DNA of 64,000 bases from Rubripirellula sp. (GTDB lineage: Bacteria; Planctomycetota; Planctomycetia; Pirellulales; Pirellulaceae): positions 7,040,001 through 7,104,000 of the forward strand of contig OZ244207.1 of NCBI GenBank assembly GCA_965216875.1, in the 5' to 3' direction. Shown piece by piece: positions 36,451 to 45,521 of the stretch. Each line of letters opens with the position of its first letter. Within the stretch, counting starts at the first letter, position 1. The translations under genes were made by a program, and so were the position numbers. The notes under the pieces are model-generated. The model saw only the letters and a program-made list of their open reading frames with translations, had not been told where the DNA came from and did no database searches.

Positions 36451-36594
36451 GAAGAAGATGGCTTTCGGCCCGACGCGATTACTGGTTTATCCCTGTTTTG
36501 CCGTGCGAAAAGTTCTGTTGTCGCATGTCGGCAAATCTGCCACCATCTTGCCGGTGTGAAACTCCGATCTTTGCCGCGTAAGGAGACCGTGATC

Positions 36595-37455
36595 GTGAAC
36601 CGCATTGCTTGGGTGATGATGCCCGCGTTGTTTTTGTTTGGGCAAACAACCGTCCGGTCTGATGAGGCTGCGCAAAAGTACCTGCTTCGCTATGACCTGA
36701 AAAAGGGCGAACAGATCCAGTACGAAGTGACGCACGTCGCCAAGACCAAGACGCGAGTCAACGGTACCGAAGAGGTTTCGCAGGTTCATACGACGAGTCA
36801 GCGGCACTGGGATGTGACCGGGCAAGACAAAGGGAAGATGACCTTTAGTCACGTGATCGACTCGGTCCAATTGACCCAGCAACAGGGCGATGCCGAAGAG
36901 GTCCGCTGGGACAGCGAGAAGGGTGATTCACCACCGCAGATTTTCGAACGCGTTGCGGAACAGATCGGTGATCCACTGGCCACAGTCACGATCAATCAAC
37001 GTGGTCAAGAAAAGAACCGCGAGGATCATGGCGGAACGAAAGCGAACTTGGGAATGGGCGCGTTGACGCTCGCTTTCCCTGAAGAGCCGATTGCGGTAGG
37101 CGATTCGTGGGCGGTGCCACGAGAGATCAAAGTTCGTGCGCCAGATGGCAGCGTGAAAGTGATCAAGATTCGCGAACTGTACACCCTGGAAAAGGTGAAA
37201 ACGGGCGTCGCGACGTTGACCATCAAAAGCCAACCACTTACCCCAGTCGATGAGGAATCGGTACAGGCTCAACTCGTTCAACAATTGAGCAAGGGTGAGA
37301 TTCGGTTCGACGTAGACAACGGACGGATGTTGAGCAAGCAGCTCGACTGGGATGAAACCGTCGTTGGGTTTCAGGGTGCGAATAGTTTGATGGAATACCG
37401 CGCTCGCTTAACCGAACGCATGGTCGACGGCATCAAACGAACAGCGCGCCGCTAG
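36595..37455 (+). CDS. secreted beta-rich hypothetical protein
   Basis: AGGAG at 36581; signal-like N-terminus; LRYDLKKGE...FPEEPIAVGDSW...GEIRFD. Confidence 0.75.
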   Translation: MNRIAWVMMPALFLFGQTTVRSDEAAQKYLLRYDLKKGEQIQYEVTHVAKTKTRVNGTEEVSQVHTTSQRHWDVTGQDKGKMTFSHVIDSVQLTQQQGDAEEVRWDSEKGDSPPQIFERVAEQIGDPLATVTINQRGQEKNREDHGGTKANLGMGALTLAFPEEPIAVGDSWAVPREIKVRAPDGSVKVIKIRELYTLEKVKTGVATLTIKSQPLTPVDEESVQAQLVQQLSKGEIRFDVDNGRMLSKQLDWDETVVGFQGANSLMEYRARLTERMVDGIKRTARR

Positions 37456-37554
37456 TCCATCCATACGGCGTGCCGTTGCACGCAGGCCATTGTTTGGCAG
37501 GTTTTATTCGTGGGTTGGTGCGTGCGAACGCACACCCCTATTTAACCGCTGACA

Positions 37555-37872
37555 CTACCAGCCCACCGAACGTCGCCGATGCGGTTTGCTCGATCGGCGG
37601 CTCGGCTTCATTCGATCCGGATGACATTGATCAAGTCGGGTCGGTTCTCCGCGTAGGGCGTATCTGGCCCACGTGCCGTTGTTGATCGCGTGAACGGCTC
37701 GATCGACGGTGAATCCAAGTGGCACCGGCTGGCGTAGCGGAACGTCGTCGACGCTGACGACAAAGTAGCGGCCATCGTCTTGGGCTTCCATCGTGCGGAT
37801 TTGGCATTCCACACCAAGGCGGTGGGCTAACTCTTCAAGCCGTCGCGTCGTCATATCGGAATAGGCACGCAT
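37555..37872 (-). CDS. small hypothetical protein
   Basis: ATG at 37872 preceded by GAGGGGG; plausible globular sequence. Confidence 0.55.
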   Translation of the reverse strand: MRAYSDMTTRRLEELAHRLGVECQIRTMEAQDDGRYFVVSVDDVPLRQPVPLGFTVDRAVHAINNGTWARYALRGEPTRLDQCHPDRMKPSRRSSKPHRRRSVGW

Positions 37873-38009
37873 GACATTTCCCCCTCGCACTCATCACAGT
37901 GCAAATGGGGTGCCCAGCCGGAAAAGGTGTCTTGGCGCCCTTTTGAGTGCGGATTCGCACGCGCGATGTGCCGCCTAGTCTCTCCTCGGACGCTCTGCGT
38001 CCTTATCCC

Positions 38010-38087
38010 GTGAGCCGAACGCGCTAGCGTCGGGCACCTCAAGATCAAAAGAGGGTGTAAGGCCCGACGCTAGCGCGTTCGGCTCAC
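38010..38087. repeat. family A inverted doublet
   Basis: 38010-38035 and inverted 38051-38087. Confidence 0.85.
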
Positions 38088-38165
38088 ATAAAATCACCGA
38101 CTCTCCCAAGGGCCAAGGGAGAGTGTTTTCGAAGCCCGATGGAAACGCAATTGCAATCCGCAGCA

Positions 38166-39194
38166 CTAGTCTCTGGGGATGCTCATCGGTTGCCCGCTCA
38201 TCGACAGGTAGACAACGGCGAGGACAACCGCGGTGTAGCCGCCAAACGCAACCATCGTTGCAATGACGCCGACGCACAACGCGAGCAAGCCTACGATAAA
38301 GGCCGCGATCCCTAATCCGAACATCATCAGAGACAGAATGAAGAGATTCCCTTTATTTCCATCGGTCAGTCGATACGACAATCGCATCGCTTCGATGGCG
38401 TTGACGCGGCGGTCGATGATGATTGGTTGGATCTGTGAGAACATGATCGAAACAATGATGATTGGGATGACGGCGAAGAGGAAACCACCAACGGCGCCGA
38501 CGGCAGCACCCTCACCCGCTTGCATCACGACGCCACCAACGACTGCCGGGATGCCAACCAAGCCAACCAGGATAGCCGAGATGAGCACCGTGATAAGGAA
38601 GGTCGCGATCAACGTGTGAAGCAGCATTGGACCACCGCCGAATACCTTGCCAATCTCAACCGGCCGACCTCGGACGATATCGAGCATCACGATCATTTGG
38701 CCAATCTGAACCCAAATGTTGAGCACCCAGAAGACAAGCCCAAATCCCATTTGCACAACAAATCCAAGCTCGGGCGCATTGAGACCTTCAACGAAGACGG
38801 CGTTCGCACCCGATTGGAGTACCTGCCCAACCGTGTTGATGGCGCCAACGATGATGACAACCACGATCACCATCGCCCAGTGCTTCTTAAAGACCGCCCA
38901 GGCATCGGCCAACACGTCACCAGCGTTGATCGTCTGAAGCGACCAATCGGCGGGAGCGTTCGGCTGGACGTCGGGAAAGGATGGGTTTGGCGCGTAAGGA
39001 TCGTTGCTTCGATACGACGCTGAAGGCCCAGCATCATTGAGGGAACTGGTCGGCGTCTGCGCTGCATCGGCGCCAGCCCCTGCGGTCTGTTGCGGGTCGA
39101 ATACGTGCGAGCAACTTGGGCAGCGGGCTTTGCGGGACAGGTCGGTGACTCGAAGCAGCGAGTCGCATTCGGGGCATCGTATCTCGACGGACAT
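38166..39194 (-). CDS. zinc-ribbon membrane protein
   Basis: CPECDSLLRV...RCPSC zinc finger, low-complexity linker, about 6 TM helices, AIEAMRLSYRLT. Confidence 0.8.
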   Translation of the reverse strand: MSVEIRCPECDSLLRVTDLSRKARCPSCSHVFDPQQTAGAGADAAQTPTSSLNDAGPSASYRSNDPYAPNPSFPDVQPNAPADWSLQTINAGDVLADAWAVFKKHWAMVIVVVIIVGAINTVGQVLQSGANAVFVEGLNAPELGFVVQMGFGLVFWVLNIWVQIGQMIVMLDIVRGRPVEIGKVFGGGPMLLHTLIATFLITVLISAILVGLVGIPAVVGGVVMQAGEGAAVGAVGGFLFAVIPIIIVSIMFSQIQPIIIDRRVNAIEAMRLSYRLTDGNKGNLFILSLMMFGLGIAAFIVGLLALCVGVIATMVAFGGYTAVVLAVVYLSMSGQPMSIPRD

Positions 39195-39474
39195 GATCAG
39201 TTTCTAAGTTGGATTGGGATGCACGGAGCGGCGAATTCACGGTAATCGTCAGCGTCAACACCGATGCGTCAGCGTAGCGGTTGTCATTGCGCGGTGCCAC
39301 GCCCACTTTGCCTACAATGGAGCCAAAAGGGGTGGCCTTTTCAGGCCAAAGACCGACGTCGGACAGGGCGCCAGAACCATCGAATCGGACCGATGTAACG
39401 CGCTAACGTTTTATTTCCTGAGCCAAACGCGCCGCATCCGCCAGTCAAACCAACTTTTTCCGAAAACGAATCGC

Positions 39475-40488
39475 ATGCAAGCCAAGAATCGAGACCTGTT
39501 GTCGAACACTCGCTGCAATCGTTTCCTGTTGGCGCCGGTTCTGGCGATGATGGTTTTTTCCAGTGCAAACGCCGCCTCGCCGGGGGCCAAGGCGAGTGTG
39601 TCGGCAGCGCTTCCGTATTTGCAACGCGAGGGCGTGGCGTGGATGGACAAGCGAGGCTGCGTGTCCTGTCATCAGATCCCCGCAATGCTATGGAGTCTTG
39701 ATGCGGCGGCTGCGCACGGATTCGACGTTGATGCGACGAAGTTGCAGGAGTGGAAAACGTGGTCCACCCAGCCGGTCAACTTTGTCAAACCAGCAGAGAA
39801 GAAAGAGGACTTGGACGTCGCAAAGACGTTGGCATCCAACATCGACACGATGAGTGCGTTGCTGCTGGCGATTTCCCCCAGCGCGGAATCTGAAGCGGAC
39901 GCTGACACGCAGTGGCGAAACCAATTTGTTAATGCTCTGGTCGCAAATCAGCGCGGTGACCATAGCTGGAAACCGTGTGGCCAGCTTCCCGCGCAAAAGC
40001 GTCCCGGCCGCGAGACAACGCAAGTCACGACCATGTGGACGCTTATCGCATTGGGACGCAATCAAGGTGACGCCAAATCACTGAAAGAAGCCCTTGCGTT
40101 TGTCGACAAGGGCGACGACCGCATCTCGATCGAATGGTGGGTCGCGCGCATGTTGCTTGCCCAGCAACAGGGTGAGCCGATGGATCGATACCGCGACGAG
40201 ATCGCCCAGCGTCAGCGTGACGATGGCGGGTGGGGGTGGCTTAACGAAGATGAAAGCGATGCGCTTGCTACCGGAATGGCACTCTACGCGCTCTCGACCT
40301 CCGGCCATTCAAAAGACGACGCGATTGAGCGAGCGACGAAGTGGCTTGTCGATACTCAGAAAGAGGATGGCTCCTGGGCTGTACCGGGAACAAAGAAGTC
40401 GACCAAAGACAAGCCAACCCCAACGGCTAACTACTGGGGGACGGCTTGGGCAGTGATCGGCATGTTGGAATCAGGGCACGCGGATTGA
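39475..40488 (+). CDS. secreted prenyltransferase/squalene-oxidase repeat (QW-motif) protein
   Basis: QRGDHSW, QRDDGGW, QKEDGSW repeats; CVSCH motif; signal peptide; start inferred. Confidence 0.8.
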   Translation: MQAKNRDLLSNTRCNRFLLAPVLAMMVFSSANAASPGAKASVSAALPYLQREGVAWMDKRGCVSCHQIPAMLWSLDAAAAHGFDVDATKLQEWKTWSTQPVNFVKPAEKKEDLDVAKTLASNIDTMSALLLAISPSAESEADADTQWRNQFVNALVANQRGDHSWKPCGQLPAQKRPGRETTQVTTMWTLIALGRNQGDAKSLKEALAFVDKGDDRISIEWWVARMLLAQQQGEPMDRYRDEIAQRQRDDGGWGWLNEDESDALATGMALYALSTSGHSKDDAIERATKWLVDTQKEDGSWAVPGTKKSTKDKPTPTANYWGTAWAVIGMLESGHAD

Positions 40489-40532
40489 GCGGCGCCGGGA
40501 GAGCGAAAAAAAAGTGCGTGCAAGCGCACAGC

Positions 40533-41927
40533 CTACGAGCGCAGATGGATGGTGATCGAGACGATCAGCGCGGCGACAAGGGCTAGGAGGGCCACGAGCG
40601 CCAGGCCGGCGTTGTTCCGAACCGAGCGTTTCAGGCGATGGGCAAGTGGTTCGTCGTGGCAACGGACCGGCAGGTCAGCCAAATAGCGTCGCACATCATC
40701 AGCCAGCGCCGTCACCGAGCCATACCGCTGATGCGGCAACCGCGCCATCGCGCGTCGGCAAATTGCGTCCACTGGTGCGGGCAGCCCGTTTGCGAGGTTG
40801 AGATTGCCGTTTTGGACGTCGGCAACGTACGTCGCTGAAGCTGTATCAAATGGTGGCTTGCCAGAAACGATCGTGTGTAGCGTTGCGCCGAGCGCGAACA
40901 CGTCGCTGGCCTGCGAAAGTTCCGGACGACTACAGCAGGCCATTTCGGGGCTCATGTATTGAAGTCCCGGAATCGACGCGATGTCGTTGGCATAGGTGTC
41001 GAGCAAGCCCGGAACCAACGGCTGGAGCGGTTCGTGGGCTGCGGCGTGGTCAACCGCCAGGGTCGATGGTTCTGGCGTGACTTCGGGTTCGTCAGGATCG
41101 AGGAACGTTGCCAAGTCCCAGTCGATCACGATCGTTTCGCCATGTTCGCCCAGCATGATGCTTTCAGGTTTGATGCCACGATGCATGATGCCACGAAAAT
41201 GCGCGTACGCAATCGTGTCGCAGACGGAAAGGAAGCGGCGGAGTAGGTCGTCCATCTCCAATTGGTACTCTTCCTGAGAGTACCGCGACTTGTTCTCGTG
41301 GAAACGGGCGATCGCCAGGTTGAGAGGTTCGCCATCGATCAACCGACTTGCATAATAGGGACGGCCGTTGCTGTGGCCGAGGCTGTAGATCGGTGGAACG
41401 CCACTGTGTTCGAGCCGGCCGGCAATCTTCGCTTCACGAAGAAAGCGGACGCGCGTTCTCGCATTGTCCGAGTATTCGTCCAGCAGGTGTTTGTAGGCGA
41501 CGTGCCGCGGAAGTTCGCGGTCTTTTGCGATTGAGACTTGTCCGAGCCCCACATTCCCAAGTGATCGCGCAACGATGAAGCGTCGACCGTCTCCATTGTT
41601 CTGCTCGGGAATGACCCGTTTTACCTTTTGAGGTGGCGTGCTGTCGCTCGTTGCATCGATCGCCTGTTGTTCGACTTTGTCGATTTGTTCGCGGTCGGAT
41701 TCTGGTAGCGGTTCGGAATCGGACTTGAAGAATTGCCCGGCGACCCTGAGCTCGCGGTTGAGGTCTCGTTCTGACTTGTTGCACAACGAGCAAACCGAGG
41801 GCGCACCATGCTCACCACCGACTCGGGCCAGTTGGTTGAGAAGGCAATTGATGATCTCGGGTGATCCGCATTGGCGTTCACCAGAGAGAGGTTCGACCGG
41901 TTCTGATCCACTTTTTGGTTCGAGCAA
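40533..41927 (-). CDS. Ser/Thr kinase-like protein, probable pseudokinase, with C-terminal TM
   Basis: Kinase fold motifs VAYK, RFLREA, YMSPE, SDVFALG; but HRGIKPES, DWDLA and GNVGLG replace the canonical motifs; start uncertain. Confidence 0.8.
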   Translation of the reverse strand: MLEPKSGSEPVEPLSGERQCGSPEIINCLLNQLARVGGEHGAPSVCSLCNKSERDLNRELRVAGQFFKSDSEPLPESDREQIDKVEQQAIDATSDSTPPQKVKRVIPEQNNGDGRRFIVARSLGNVGLGQVSIAKDRELPRHVAYKHLLDEYSDNARTRVRFLREAKIAGRLEHSGVPPIYSLGHSNGRPYYASRLIDGEPLNLAIARFHENKSRYSQEEYQLEMDDLLRRFLSVCDTIAYAHFRGIMHRGIKPESIMLGEHGETIVIDWDLATFLDPDEPEVTPEPSTLAVDHAAAHEPLQPLVPGLLDTYANDIASIPGLQYMSPEMACCSRPELSQASDVFALGATLHTIVSGKPPFDTASATYVADVQNGNLNLANGLPAPVDAICRRAMARLPHQRYGSVTALADDVRRYLADLPVRCHDEPLAHRLKRSVRNNAGLALVALLALVAALIVSITIHLRS

Positions 41928-42152
41928 CGGTGATCAGACTCATGTGGCAAAGTTTGTGAGTTCGACATCAGGCATGCGGCACAGCCAGCAGCGACGGCCC
42001 CCAAACGCCTCAGATCATGGAGCAATCATCACCAAGAAATGGCGGTTCCCACCTGGTGCCCGCTGTGGCTGTGCGAAAAGTGGAATTGGCATCTCAGACC
42101 AATTCCGCAGTCCCACAATCTATCAAGCGCGGGGGCGTTACGCGAAAATTGG

Positions 42153-42764
42153 TCAAATGAACCCAACAAATTCGCGAAGTCGCGCTAAAACGCGAAATTT
42201 TGCCTGTCGAACGGCAGCCGGGGTCATGTCGAGACGTTTGACAATCTCGGGTGTCGAGAGGTCCTCGACCGCCGAAAGCCAAAAGGCCTGCCAGGTGTGT
42301 TCTTCGAAATCGCCGCGAATCAGCTCTGCGGCTCGGCGAACCACCTCGGCTTCTGCCGAATCGTCGACAGGACATTCTTCGTCGTCGATCCAGTCAGGAA
42401 CCTGTGTCAGTAGTCCCTGGACGCCCGATCCGCCAAGTACGGCGGGACCCGAAACGCGTTTCTTGAAGAACTTGCTCAGTTCGTGTCGGGTGATCGTCCA
42501 CAACCAGCCACGAAAGCTGTGACCTTGGCCGCCAAACTTCAGCCCATCGACGCCAGCGGCCACGCAGCGAAAGACATCTTGAGTGACATCGGCCGCGTCA
42601 GCTTCTTGTAAGTGGGCCCGGCGGCACCACGAGTAAATCAAGGGTGTGTAGAGGTGAACGAAGCGCTTCCAGCCTTCAGAGTCGCCCTCCTTCATGTCCC
42701 GGAGCATTCCGATGGAAGTTTCCCATCCGGAAGATCCTGTCGATCGTGAACTCAAGTCACCCAT
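42153..42764 (-). CDS. ECF-type RNA polymerase sigma factor (planctomycete, kinase-associated type)
   Basis: WKRFVHLYTPLIYSWCRR, DAADVTQDVF, SFRGWLWTI (sigma2); TWQAFW...EIVKRLDMTPAAVRQAKFRVLARLR (sigma4). Confidence 0.92.
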   Translation of the reverse strand: MGDLSSRSTGSSGWETSIGMLRDMKEGDSEGWKRFVHLYTPLIYSWCRRAHLQEADAADVTQDVFRCVAAGVDGLKFGGQGHSFRGWLWTITRHELSKFFKKRVSGPAVLGGSGVQGLLTQVPDWIDDEECPVDDSAEAEVVRRAAELIRGDFEEHTWQAFWLSAVEDLSTPEIVKRLDMTPAAVRQAKFRVLARLREFVGFI

Positions 42765-43033
42765 GCCCGTTCAGTAGAAGCTCCGTGGCTGCAAGTCTTG
42801 GATGGTTCGTAGGTTAGTGTCAAACAAGCCTGCTGGCAATCATGAAGAATGCTCGGGGGTGTTCGGCATCCCTACGGGGTTGGTGCGGGATAGCGACCGC
42901 AATTGCATTGGCGGACACATTCTTAAACGAAGTTACGTAGAACATCGCGTTTTACGAACAGAATTCCCGCGAGGGCTCGCCGCGAAAAACAAAGATTCGA
43001 TTTTTGCGTAACGCCCGTGCACTTATAGCTAGC

Positions 43034-43168
43034 GAGCGGAATTACTCACGACTGATGGGAGCGACCCGCGAGCGACCAGCCGAATCTGTGAAGCCAATTT
43101 CAGGCAGTGATTGGCGGCACAACCGAAGTTGGTCACACGCGCAGGCACCCATCTCCAGAGGATTCCTC
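43034..43168 (+). ncRNA. candidate structured RNA, compact 6S (SsrS)-like rod
   Basis: Nested pairings: GGAATT/GATTCC, GATGGGAGC/GCACCCATC, CGCG/CGCG, GACCAGC/GTTGGTC, a central unpaired bubble, apical GCCAATT/GATTGGC; followed by a terminator; no credible + strand ORF. Confidence 0.55.
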
Positions 43169-43173
43169 ATTAA

Positions 43174-43240
43174 GCCAGTGGCGATGGAACTGGTGGGTTT
43201 GCCCCACTCACCAAAACACCATCGTCCCTGGTTTTTTTTT
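43174..43240 (+). terminator. intrinsic terminator
   Basis: CCAGTGGCGATGG...CCATCGTCCCTGG stem followed by T9. Confidence 0.7.
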
Positions 43241-43354
43241 GCGCGGGCAACAGCTGTGCCGCCGGCCGTGAGGCCTCGGGATCAATAAGGGAAAGGCCCG
43301 ACCCGAACGCGTTTGGCTGGCAAAAAACTCCACAGCCTCGGCGCCGTGCTCATC

Positions 43355-43969
43355 CTACTGGGCATCGAGTAGCGGGAGTTCATCGTCGGTGCGGCGCGTC
43401 ATGCCCTGTTTGAAGTGGTGGCGACAAACCGAAAGGTAGCGTTCGTTCCCGCCAATCTGGACCTGCCGCCCATCCTTGATTGGGTTGCCGTCGGCATCGA
43501 TCCGCAGCACCATCGTCGCCTTGCGTCCGCAGTGGCAGATGGTTTTGATTTCGGTCAGCGTGTCGGCCCAAGCCAGCAGGTGTTGGCTGCCCTCGAAGAG
43601 GTTGCCTTGAAAATCGGTTCGCAGTCCGTAGGCGAGGACTGGAATCTCGTCGGCATCACAGACGTCGCTCAACTGGCGCACCTGCAACTTGGTCAAGAAT
43701 TGGGCTTCGTCAACGAGCACGCAGTGGACGGGTTGGCTTTCAGACTGCTCTCGGACAATCGAACGCAGGTTGTCGGCGGTGTTGAACGTGACCGCTTCGG
43801 CCTCGATACCGATGCGTGAGGTCACTTTGCCAGCTTTGTAGCGCACGTCGATCTCCGGAAGCAGGATCAAGGTGTTCATGCCGCGTTCGCGGTAGTTGTA
43901 GCTGGACTGAAGCAGGATCGTCGACTTACCGGCGTTCATCGCCGAATAGTAAAAGTAAAGCTTGGCCAT
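43355..43969 (-). CDS. tdk: thymidine kinase
   Basis: [52 protein letters not shown]. Confidence 0.97.
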   Translation of the reverse strand: MAKLYFYYSAMNAGKSTILLQSSYNYRERGMNTLILLPEIDVRYKAGKVTSRIGIEAEAVTFNTADNLRSIVREQSESQPVHCVLVDEAQFLTKLQVRQLSDVCDADEIPVLAYGLRTDFQGNLFEGSQHLLAWADTLTEIKTICHCGRKATMVLRIDADGNPIKDGRQVQIGGNERYLSVCRHHFKQGMTRRTDDELPLLDAQ

Positions 43970-44117
43970 TTGCCTCGGGGAACGACGACGTTCCCGACGT
44001 CACGATTGGTTTGAGTTAGAATCTGAAATCTTTGCCGCTGGCTTGCTGTAGAGATTATCGAAAGAGCTCGGCGAACGATCGTTTTCACAGCGAACAAAGC
44101 AAGGGCTCGGTTTGCCT

Positions 44118-44174
44118 AAATGTAGCGGGCCAGCACAAATGTACCGGGCCAGCTCAAATGTACCGGGCAGGCCC
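44118..44174 (+). repeat. 3 x 19-bp direct tandem repeat
   Basis: AAATGTAGCGGGCCAGCAC / AAATGTACCGGGCCAGCTC / AAATGTACCGGGCAGGCCC. Confidence 0.8.
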
Positions 44175-44210
44175 AATCGTCGCCAATCACCATACCGAGG
44201 GAAGTAGATC

Positions 44211-45356
44211 ATGCGGTTCGTCAATGTCATGTCTTCCGCCGCACTGGCCACCCTTCTAGCGACTTGCACGAGCCAATGCTTGGCCGAGGGCTGGAAAAAG
44301 CACGTGGTCTACGAAGGAAGTGAAACGCTGACCGCTGTGGGTGGTGACTTTACCGGCGATGGGATTCCTGACGTGATCGCCGATAGTGGAAGCGTGACAC
44401 GTTTGTTTGTCGCCCCCGATTGGGACGAAGTCGTCCTTGATGATCATGCGGAAGTCAAAACCTACATTCACAGCGAATTGTTCGACGTCGATGGTGATGG
44501 CGACCTTGATTACATCGGTGCACGCTACAACCCCGGTCTGATCGTTTGGTTGGAGCGTCCCGAAAAACCGCTGACGCAACGATGGAAGAAGCGTTTGGTT
44601 GATGATCAAGTTCACGGGATTCACGGCTTGATCAAGGGTGACATCGATGGCGATGGCAAGTTTGATTTGCTGGCGACAAGTGCTCAACCCAAACCGCCCC
44701 ACCCCGAGTCGCTCGCTTGGTTCCGCGTTCCCAGCAAGGTGAAAGCGGCTGAGCGCTGGGAGCGGCACGTGTTCGCAGGATCGGACGCGCCCGGATTGAC
44801 GCACTATCTTGGCGTCGGAGACGTTGATGGCGATGGGAAGATGGACGCTGCCACGGGCGCCAAGGGTGGGCCGTCAGCGACATCGACCGGAGAGTGGTTT
44901 GCGTGGTGGCGGCAGGGCGACAGTGAGCCGTGGGTCAAAGAAATGATCAGCGACAGCGAACCTGGTGCGACCAACATTCACCCCGCCGATGTCGATGGCG
45001 ATGGAAGGATGGACTTCATTGCCTCACGTGGTCATGGCAACGGAGTGATCTGGTTCGAGGCACCTGATTGGAAGCGTCACGACATTGATGCTGCGATCCA
45101 AGAACCGCACAGCCTGGTGGTGACTGACATGGATGGCGACGGTGACGTCGATGCGGCGACATGCGCCTTCGGCAGCGAGCGATGTTCGTGGTACGAAAAC
45201 GATGGCGACGGCAATTTCAAAATTCACGTCGTCGGTGAAAACCAACAAGCCTATGACATCCGTGCCGTCGACATGGACGTCGATGGAGACCTTGACCTTC
45301 TCGTTGCTGGCCGTCGAACAGGGAACGTTGTCTGGTACGCAAACCCGACGAAGTAG
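44211..45356 (+). CDS. secreted FG-GAP/VCBS repeat beta-propeller protein
   Basis: Seven DxDGDGxxD-type motifs; signal peptide. Confidence 0.9.
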   Translation: MRFVNVMSSAALATLLATCTSQCLAEGWKKHVVYEGSETLTAVGGDFTGDGIPDVIADSGSVTRLFVAPDWDEVVLDDHAEVKTYIHSELFDVDGDGDLDYIGARYNPGLIVWLERPEKPLTQRWKKRLVDDQVHGIHGLIKGDIDGDGKFDLLATSAQPKPPHPESLAWFRVPSKVKAAERWERHVFAGSDAPGLTHYLGVGDVDGDGKMDAATGAKGGPSATSTGEWFAWWRQGDSEPWVKEMISDSEPGATNIHPADVDGDGRMDFIASRGHGNGVIWFEAPDWKRHDIDAAIQEPHSLVVTDMDGDGDVDAATCAFGSERCSWYENDGDGNFKIHVVGENQQAYDIRAVDMDVDGDLDLLVAGRRTGNVVWYANPTK

Positions 45357-45377
45357 GCGTTCAACGCGGCGACGACG

Positions 45378-45463
45378 ATCAGCCGCAACGCGATAGCGTG
45401 CGGTTACCACTCATCCCCATCACCGCTCGTCACGAAACCGCACGCTATCGCATTGCGGCTGAT
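45378..45463. repeat. family H inverted doublet (related to family A)
   Basis: ATCAGCCGCAACGCGATAGCGTGCGGTT...AACCGCACGCTATCGCATTGCGGCTGAT; homolog at 36090-36166. Confidence 0.8.
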
Positions 45464-45521
45464 GAGCAGCGGGGCGATTGGCAGAAGCCAGCCATCGAAT
45501 CACACCTTCTTCAAGCGACGA

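Noticed and set aside
43078..43090. AGCCGAATC as the start of a c-di-AMP (ydaO) riboswitch, or the region as a T-box
   Set aside because: The remaining ydaO motifs and the T-box TGGNACC bulge are absent, and there is no downstream gene on that strand
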